Program-made: the position numbers and the translations under genes
The notes under the pieces: model-generated
Seen by the model: only the letters and a program-made list of their open reading frames with translations
What the model was told of the DNA's origin: nothing
Database searches by the model: none
Source: Blastocatellia bacterium
GTDB taxonomy: Bacteria; Acidobacteriota; Blastocatellia; UBA7656
Length of the DNA stretch: 64,000 nucleotides
Assembly (NCBI GenBank): GCA_963765495.1
Contig: CAVXWP010000003.1
Location: forward strand, 224,001-288,000
Direction: 5' to 3'
Shown here: in pieces, positions 58,255 through 64,000 of the stretch
Layout of the letters: the number at the start of each line of letters is the position of its first letter
Numbering within the stretch: position 1 is the first letter of the stretch

Positions 58255-61200
58255 ACGTACCATTCTCTTGATCACATCCTGAAGCTCGTTTGGCTTGAAC
58301 GGTTTCGAGATGGCCGCGTCAATTATTTTACTGCCTTGCGCGCGTTCTAAGGCTTTATCGGCACCATAGCCGCTCATCAAGACTATCCTGGATTCTGGTT
58401 TGATGGCTTTTATTCCTTCGGCGGTGGCGATGCCGTCAACCTTCGGCATCGCGAGATCGGTAAAGACTATATCGAATTCGTGGTTTGCGACCAGGGCGAA
58501 CGCTTCCTGGGCGCTGGCCGCTTCGATTACGTGGTGTCCTTGCTCGGTCAACATGGCCGCAAGCACTTTTCTGACAAATTTTTCATCATCTATTACAAGC
58601 ACTTTGGCCGGGTTCGCGCCAGAGACGGCGTCTGTGACGGGAGCGGGCGTTTCAATTTGATCGGCCCGTGGAAGCCGTATGGTAAAGGTCGTCCCCTGTC
58701 GCAGATGGCTCTCGATATCTATGCGGCCCCTGTGGCGCTCGATTATGCGATAGCTTTCGCTGAGTCCCATTCCAAGCCCGGAAGCGCCTTTGGTTGTAAA
58801 GAACGGTTCGAAGATGCGCCGCTTGATCTCTTCGGTCATACCGATTCCCGTATCCTGAAAACTTATCAGCACATCCCGATCTATCACTGTAGCGGTGATC
58901 TTCAGTTGTCCACCGATAGGCATGGCGTCAAGCGCATTGAAGATCACGTTGACGAAGACCTCTCGTAATTCCGAAGGCTCGCCCCTGACCAGAGAAGCTT
59001 CGTCGGCCTGCCAGTCGAGGCTCACGTCCAGCTTGATTCCCAGCGCCTCGGCGTCGTCGCGCCATCGCGGGCGGGTTATGTCTATGGCATCGCGCACTAT
59101 GTCTGAAATTCTGAACCTGATGAAATCGTCTGCGCGTGCGCGGCTGCGCGAAAAGTTCTGAATGCGCTCGACCATGCGGGCCGCGTCCTTGGCCGACTGC
59201 TCGACTATGCGGAGGTACTTTTCTATATTGGGGTCCTTGACCTTTGGCAGGGCCAGTTGCGTGTACCCGATGACGGCTGCCAGCGCGTTATTGAAATTGT
59301 GGGCCACACCCGAAGCGAGTTGCCCGAGCGCGCGGAGCTTATCGGCCTGCTGTTTCTGCTCGTGCTCGCGTTGCTGTTCGGTGACATCGCGCACAAGCAT
59401 TATGGCTCCCGAGAGTTGATCCTGATCGTTGAAAAACGGCGACACCGTAAGCGACAACAGCACCTTTGCGCCGTCCGGCCTCTCATACCAGAGACGGGAA
59501 GAGGTGAGTTGTTTGCTTCTGATGGCCATCTGGATGGGCAAATCTTCCACGGCGACCGGGCGGTCGTCGTGATCGCTGAAGCGGTTTCTTGGAAGGGCAA
59601 AATCTTTATCCGCCTGCATCTGTTCCAGCGTGAAACCGAATATACGTTGCGCGTGCCGGTTGGCACGCACAACCATGCCCTTTTCGTCGTTGACCAGGAG
59701 CCCCTCGGCCATCTGCTCGATGGTCGCGTTCAAGCTGGCGCGCTCTCGTTCGGCCTCTTCGCGCGCCCTGTACAGAGCGGTCAGGTCGCGCATCACCTGC
59801 ACAATCGCTATGGTACGTCCGCTGTTATCTACTACCGGGTCAACGCTGACAAAGACGGGGTACTTGCTGAAAAGGCCCGCAGGCACTTCTATCGTACCTT
59901 GCTCTTTATTCTCGCGCATTCTGCAACTGGGGCATATCAGGCGTTCTTCGGGGTTCTTGTGCGACAGAACCCCTACAGGAACGCCTATGGAATTTTCGGG
60001 AGTTATGCCGAACATGGTATAGAATGCGCGATTGCCTCGCACGAGACAATCGTTTTCGTCTATGAGCATAACGGAGTCGTTCATTGCATCGAAAGTAGTC
60101 TGCCACTGGCTGTGGGCCGCTTCGGCCTCAGCGCGCGCCGCCTGTTCGCGTTGCAGCAATTCAAGGTGCATGCGGTTCAAATGTTCGGCTTCATTTCGCG
60201 CCGCCCGTTCGCCTTCAAGCAGCCGGACGCGCTCCTGTTCGGCTTGCAATCGCTCCGTGATGTCGCGGGCTATTCCCTGTATGCCGATTGGCCGCCCGTC
60301 TTTATGTATCAGCCTGATGTTCACCTCAAGCGCCAGCCTGTGCCCGTCGCTGGTGAATATATCTATGACATAGACCGGCACCGATTCTCCGGCCAGGCAT
60401 TGGCGGATGGACTTGCGGGCCATTTCCAGGTGCTCGGGCACAACAACATTACTGATGTTCAGCCTGCGAGCCTCGGTTTGAGAGTAGCCTGTCAATAGTT
60501 CGGCTGTTCGGTTGATCGAAATGAAATTCCCCTCAAGGTCGTGGGTGTAAATGATGTCGTTGGCATTCTCGAAAAGATCACGGTATCGCTGTTCGTTCTC
60601 TTTTAGCGACTTCTCGGCGTTCATACGTTCGAGTTCGGCGGCGGCGCGAACGGCGAATATCTGGAGCAGGGAGCGGGCGAGTTCGATATTGGCAAGCGGT
60701 TTGGTGTGCATGAGCACAAGCAACCCCAGTGATCTGTTTGCCGAACTCCAGAGCGGAGCCCCGAGATAGCTCTCAATATTCCACTCCGCAAGTATGCGGT
60801 CGAGAGGGAATTGTTGCTGAACCCCTTGAGCATAACAACAGAGTTGTTTGCTTACGACATTCTCGCAGGGAGTATGGGCCAGTTCATACTCGAAGCCGTC
60901 AACTATCTCGCCGTGAGCGCATACGATGGTAGACCTGATGCGGTCGGTCGCATCCGTAGCAATTTCTCCGATAAAAGCGAAATCCACTTCCAGCGTATTT
61001 GCCAGGCATATAAGCATCGAACGGAAGAACGCCTCTCCGGTCGTGGCCGAAACCCCTTCGGCCACGATGCGCAACGCCTCTTCCAAGCTTTTACGTTCCG
61101 TAATATCGTTTGCCGTTGCAAGCAGGCATTTCTCACCGTCAAAATCTATGATTTCAAAAGAGAGAAGCCCCGTGCGCCGCTCTCCTGACTTCACCCGGAA

Positions 61201-61893
61201 AGAGATCTCCACATCACGGACCCGGCCATGCTCTTTTAGCGTTTTAAGCACTACCGCCCGGTCTTTCAGGTCTTCCCAGAACCCGGTCTCAAATGCTGTG
61301 CGCCCTATTACCTCCTCGCGCGTGTAGCCGGTCGCATGCAGGAAGCCTTCATTCACTTCGATGTAGCGGCCTTCTTCGATTGAACTGATTGTCATCGGGA
61401 CGGGGCTGGCATCGAAAACCTTAAAGAATCGCACTTCTGATTTGCTCAGGAATTGTTCGGCGTGCTTGGGCTCGGTGATGTTGTTAAAGATCACGACAGC
61501 GCCAAATATCTCCCCATCGGGTCCGGGCAGCGGGCCGCAATTTATCAGGTGATGTCTCAGCGTGTTGTCGGATGTGATGAATCTGTACTGGCGGTCGCGG
61601 ATGGTTTCGCCGCGAAGCGCGATTGTCAGAGGCGAAGGAATCGGCTCTTTGTCGGAATCTGCCGGAATCCAGTATTGTTCGCATTCCGCCAGGGTCAACC
61701 CTTCCGAAGCCAGGCCGAGAAGCTCAGCGCCGGCTCGATTTACCAGAATCGGAGGTTTGCCGGACGCGCAGACGATCAATACGCCTTCGGGCATTTGATC
61801 AAGAAAGACCTTTAACTGCGCCCGATTTGCTTCGTTTGCGAACCAGGACGAATCGATGTGTGTGAAGCTTTCAGGGTCTATCCTGCCAATCAT
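58240..61893 (-). CDS. Cytoplasmic hybrid sensor histidine kinase (about 5 PAS + GAF + HisKA/HATPase + REC)
   Basis: PAS ends DITERK/DITERL/DVTEQ; GAF ESYLGAPL; H-box GVAHNFNNAL; DTGIGM, FEPFFTTK, GMGL; REC VIDDE, FTDLAMP, SKPF. Start after AAGGAAG. Confidence 0.93.
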   Translation of the reverse strand: MIGRIDPESFTHIDSSWFANEANRAQLKVFLDQMPEGVLIVCASGKPPILVNRAGAELLGLASEGLTLAECEQYWIPADSDKEPIPSPLTIALRGETIRDRQYRFITSDNTLRHHLINCGPLPGPDGEIFGAVVIFNNITEPKHAEQFLSKSEVRFFKVFDASPVPMTISSIEEGRYIEVNEGFLHATGYTREEVIGRTAFETGFWEDLKDRAVVLKTLKEHGRVRDVEISFRVKSGERRTGLLSFEIIDFDGEKCLLATANDITERKSLEEALRIVAEGVSATTGEAFFRSMLICLANTLEVDFAFIGEIATDATDRIRSTIVCAHGEIVDGFEYELAHTPCENVVSKQLCCYAQGVQQQFPLDRILAEWNIESYLGAPLWSSANRSLGLLVLMHTKPLANIELARSLLQIFAVRAAAELERMNAEKSLKENEQRYRDLFENANDIIYTHDLEGNFISINRTAELLTGYSQTEARRLNISNVVVPEHLEMARKSIRQCLAGESVPVYVIDIFTSDGHRLALEVNIRLIHKDGRPIGIQGIARDITERLQAEQERVRLLEGERAARNEAEHLNRMHLELLQREQAARAEAEAAHSQWQTTFDAMNDSVMLIDENDCLVRGNRAFYTMFGITPENSIGVPVGVLSHKNPEERLICPSCRMRENKEQGTIEVPAGLFSKYPVFVSVDPVVDNSGRTIAIVQVMRDLTALYRAREEAERERASLNATIEQMAEGLLVNDEKGMVVRANRHAQRIFGFTLEQMQADKDFALPRNRFSDHDDRPVAVEDLPIQMAIRSKQLTSSRLWYERPDGAKVLLSLTVSPFFNDQDQLSGAIMLVRDVTEQQREHEQKQQADKLRALGQLASGVAHNFNNALAAVIGYTQLALPKVKDPNIEKYLRIVEQSAKDAARMVERIQNFSRSRARADDFIRFRISDIVRDAIDITRPRWRDDAEALGIKLDVSLDWQADEASLVRGEPSELREVFVNVIFNALDAMPIGGQLKITATVIDRDVLISFQDTGIGMTEEIKRRIFEPFFTTKGASGLGMGLSESYRIIERHRGRIDIESHLRQGTTFTIRLPRADQIETPAPVTDAVSGANPAKVLVIDDEKFVRKVLAAMLTEQGHHVIEAASAQEAFALVANHEFDIVFTDLAMPKVDGIATAEGIKAIKPESRIVLMSGYGADKALERAQGSKIIDAAISKPFKPNELQDVIKRMVRSRDP

Positions 61894-62178
61894 AGAGTGC
61901 TTCCTTATAAACCCGGTGAGCGAGAGCCTATGAGATAGGGTGCATTGTAACATCCACATCGAAAGAATAGAAGAGATACGTTTTCATCACGCGTCACCAA
62001 CGCATGTAAGAAATGCCGAATGAAAAAGGAGTCAGGCTTGATATCGGGCTAACTCGCAAGAACCTGTTCTCGCTCTCGCAACCTTCCCTTGCATACTTAT
62101 TGATAACCCCCGCTCTTTGCAGGAGCATCGGCGCGGCTCTTTTTCTACTTCAATTTATCAGGTTTATAGTATTTGAGT

Positions 62179-62322
62179 CAGCAATTCTCGGTTTAGAAAT
62201 TCTGTCTTAACAAGAAGTGAACCACGAAATACACGAAGCACACGAAATAGAAGAATTATTCGTGTATTTAGTCTGTTTCGTGGTATATCCCGGTGCGATT
62301 TCCTCTAAACCGAGAATTGCTG
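62179..62322. mobile_element. 144-bp MITE with perfect 19-bp terminal inverted repeats and 9-bp target duplication
   Basis: CAGCAATTCTCGGTTTAGA (62179-62197) / TCTAAACCGAGAATTGCTG (62304-62322); flanks TATTTGAGT and TATTTGAAT (8/9 identical). Confidence 0.82.
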
Positions 62323-62546
62323 TATTTGAATGGACTCACAGAGTTAACCCTGTTTTTTTAGTGGTAAAACTTACGTATTTTCGCCTCTCTTTCTTGACAT
62401 GGATTTCTTAATCCTGCACGATTTGAGAGAGCTTCGCATCATTGGCAGGCGCACCTCCATTCTTTTTACTTTGATGTGAAGTTCGAGTGAGAGCGTGATT
62501 AAGGAGCGCTTCAGCAACGACTCCGAGAAGGCAGTAAATCTTTTAG

Positions 62547-63695
62547 ATGATTTCTCGGATGACGATCAGACTCTGGCGGATTCAGCTTGTTGAGGCGTGC
62601 TCTCGTATTCTTGAGACAATCCGAGAATCAACTGTGCAAGAACAAGAAGGATTGATTTCCATTTTACCGTCTCCAGAGACTCTCACGGAGAGTACCGCGC
62701 GGGAACTTTTCCTGGCGATCAGAGGCAGTGTGAGGCCGGAACTTCTTCGAGAACTACAAGCCCTGTACCGGACTGAATTGAGGTCAGACGAAGTGCTGGC
62801 AGAAATCCATGCGCTGGAGACCAGGTTGCAGACGGTCGACAGGTATGTCGTCGGCCTGCTGCCCCGGCTCGGAGAGACGACCTTCGGGCTCGGATGGGAA
62901 ACGCGGCAGCTTGATTTTCGCAACAAGGAGGTGGATGGCGTAGAGCGGGCAACAGCGATTGCGCCGCTCCTCTTTTCATCTGAGAATCTCGACTGCGTAC
63001 ACGGCCCTTATACTATAATGCCGCTGATCATGCTGGCGGAGTCGATTCTTCACAATGGAGAGGTGATTACAGAGGTCGCGAGCATTTCCTGGGTCAAGCC
63101 CATTCGCAACGAGCTTTGCCTGACAGTGTTTGATCCGAGTGCTTATTCCCAGACGCCACCCGATTGCTCTGTGAAAGGGCACTTCGTCACCTCGATGAAT
63201 CGGACATTGGAGTTTTGGGGCGAGGAACTGGATCAGTCTCCGGTGCTGGCTCAAGCCGGTTACAATGTGTTATCGCAAAAGCTTCATGCCGGTCAACAAC
63301 TGCAAATCGGCGCGGATCAGGAAGGTGTCGAACTGACATTTAACGCCGCAGGATTGGCTGAATGCGTGCGCGTGGCGGCCGGCTCACAGGCAATGGCTGC
63401 CGCGATTTTGTTAGACCTCGTGCCGATTGTAATTCTCAACTGGAAGCGCGGCACTCCGATGCTTGACTGCGGCTACAAACGGGTCCCCGTTCCGAGGAGC
63501 ATCGGCGCGGCGCTCAAGCCGGAAACCAGGCTTGAGATAAGATACTGCAAGGAGAGAAGCCACCGATCAAAAAACTCCGGCTTGTGGGTCGCGTGGTACG
63601 AATTCAGATACTTTCCCTATCAGACGACTTACTCGCAAATGGCGATGGCCGAAGCCACGACGGTCGAAGAGATGCTGATGAAACTTCATTCGTAG
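62547..63695 (+). CDS. Hypothetical protein (5' end uncertain, possibly frameshifted)
   Basis: 382-codon ORF with natural composition; followed 13 bp later by a gene with a GAGGAG RBS. Confidence 0.65.
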   Translation: MISRMTIRLWRIQLVEACSRILETIRESTVQEQEGLISILPSPETLTESTARELFLAIRGSVRPELLRELQALYRTELRSDEVLAEIHALETRLQTVDRYVVGLLPRLGETTFGLGWETRQLDFRNKEVDGVERATAIAPLLFSSENLDCVHGPYTIMPLIMLAESILHNGEVITEVASISWVKPIRNELCLTVFDPSAYSQTPPDCSVKGHFVTSMNRTLEFWGEELDQSPVLAQAGYNVLSQKLHAGQQLQIGADQEGVELTFNAAGLAECVRVAAGSQAMAAAILLDLVPIVILNWKRGTPMLDCGYKRVPVPRSIGAALKPETRLEIRYCKERSHRSKNSGLWVAWYEFRYFPYQTTYSQMAMAEATTVEEMLMKLHS

Positions 63696-63708
63696 AGGAG
63701 AAGCCTGC

Positions 63709-63999
63709 ATGCCTGAATTCATTCAACCCTTTGGCCCCTTCATCATGCTTGATCGCGTTTCTGAATCGCTTCTGGAGACCGTAAACAGAATCGGGGATGT
63801 GGTGCTGGCCGATGAAGAGAAGAGCAAAAAGTGGGACTGGTCGCGCCGCCTGGCGGGCAATGTGCGCAGGCAGGTTTTGGTGCCCTTTGCCAACCAGCAG
63901 GAACAAGACCGGGTGTTGGATGAACTGAAAGCCAAGTGCACACAGTACTACAACTTTCTAAGAGAAAAGGGAGCTATTCTTGATACAAAGGATGTCAGG
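63709..63999 (+). CDS. Putative 2OG-Fe(II) oxygenase, N-terminal part (3'-truncated; absent from the ORF track)
   Basis: RBS GAGGAG; open frame MPEFIQPFGPFIMLDRVSESLLETVNRIGD...KWDWSRRLAGNVRRQV runs to the window end. The PFGP and DWS..LAGNV pattern is recalled from phage-like 2OG-Fe(II) oxygenases. Confidence 0.5.
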   Translation, partial: MPEFIQPFGPFIMLDRVSESLLETVNRIGDVVLADEEKSKKWDWSRRLAGNVRRQVLVPFANQQEQDRVLDELKAKCTQYYNFLREKGAILDTKDVR

Positions 64000-64000
64000 C

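Noticed and set aside
59257-60498. 413-aa plus-strand ORF
   Set aside because: Antisense to the histidine kinase; no recognisable domain.
62217-62411. 64-aa ORF MNHEIHEAHEIEELFVYLVCFVV
   Set aside because: It is the translation of the palindromic repeat inside the MITE, not a credible protein.

Overview
Bacterial genomic window. Gene content such as tandem tricorn proteases, DUF4384/CHAT proteins and Lys-rich C-terminal IPT-like tails resembles Acidobacteriota/Blastocatellia; this is inference only. Layout: (1) 1-15.7 kb is the distal half of an extracellular contractile injection system (eCIS/Afp/PVC-like) operon. It has three paralogous fibre/crown-type proteins, a frameshifted CIS tape-measure-like gene, an Afp15-type AAA+ ATPase, a 1463-aa cargo protein ending in a His-rich nuclease-like tip, and a CxxC immunity-like gene. 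(2) 15.7-24 kb holds a pseudo-receiver sigma54 activator and a three-gene AT-richer cassette: triple-TIR protein, membrane-anchored nSTAND1-TPR NTPase, and alpha/beta-hydrolase with a TPR-S/TRAF-binding domain. This cassette is a candidate undescribed nucleotide-signalling conflict system. (3) 24.6-29.8 kb: KdsB-like/dehydrogenase/GT-B trio, DinB, flavin-binding protein and a secreted HNH protein. (4) 29.8-39.5 kb: beta-glycan cluster (GH9, GH5, AGE epimerase, GH39, GH3); the GH39 start is apparently donated by an IS3 remnant. (5) 39.6-54.2 kb: protease-rich block with a subtilase carrying GML(I/L)S(D/N) hexapeptide repeats, a DUF4384 / Ser-Thr kinase-DUF4384 / TPR-CHAT operon, and two tricorn proteases. 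(6) 54.8-64 kb: YVTN surface protein, RluD-like synthase, multi-PAS hybrid kinase, a 144-bp MITE and two poorly characterised genes. No rRNA, tRNA or CRISPR array was seen. All family calls come from motif recognition by eye, not database searches.
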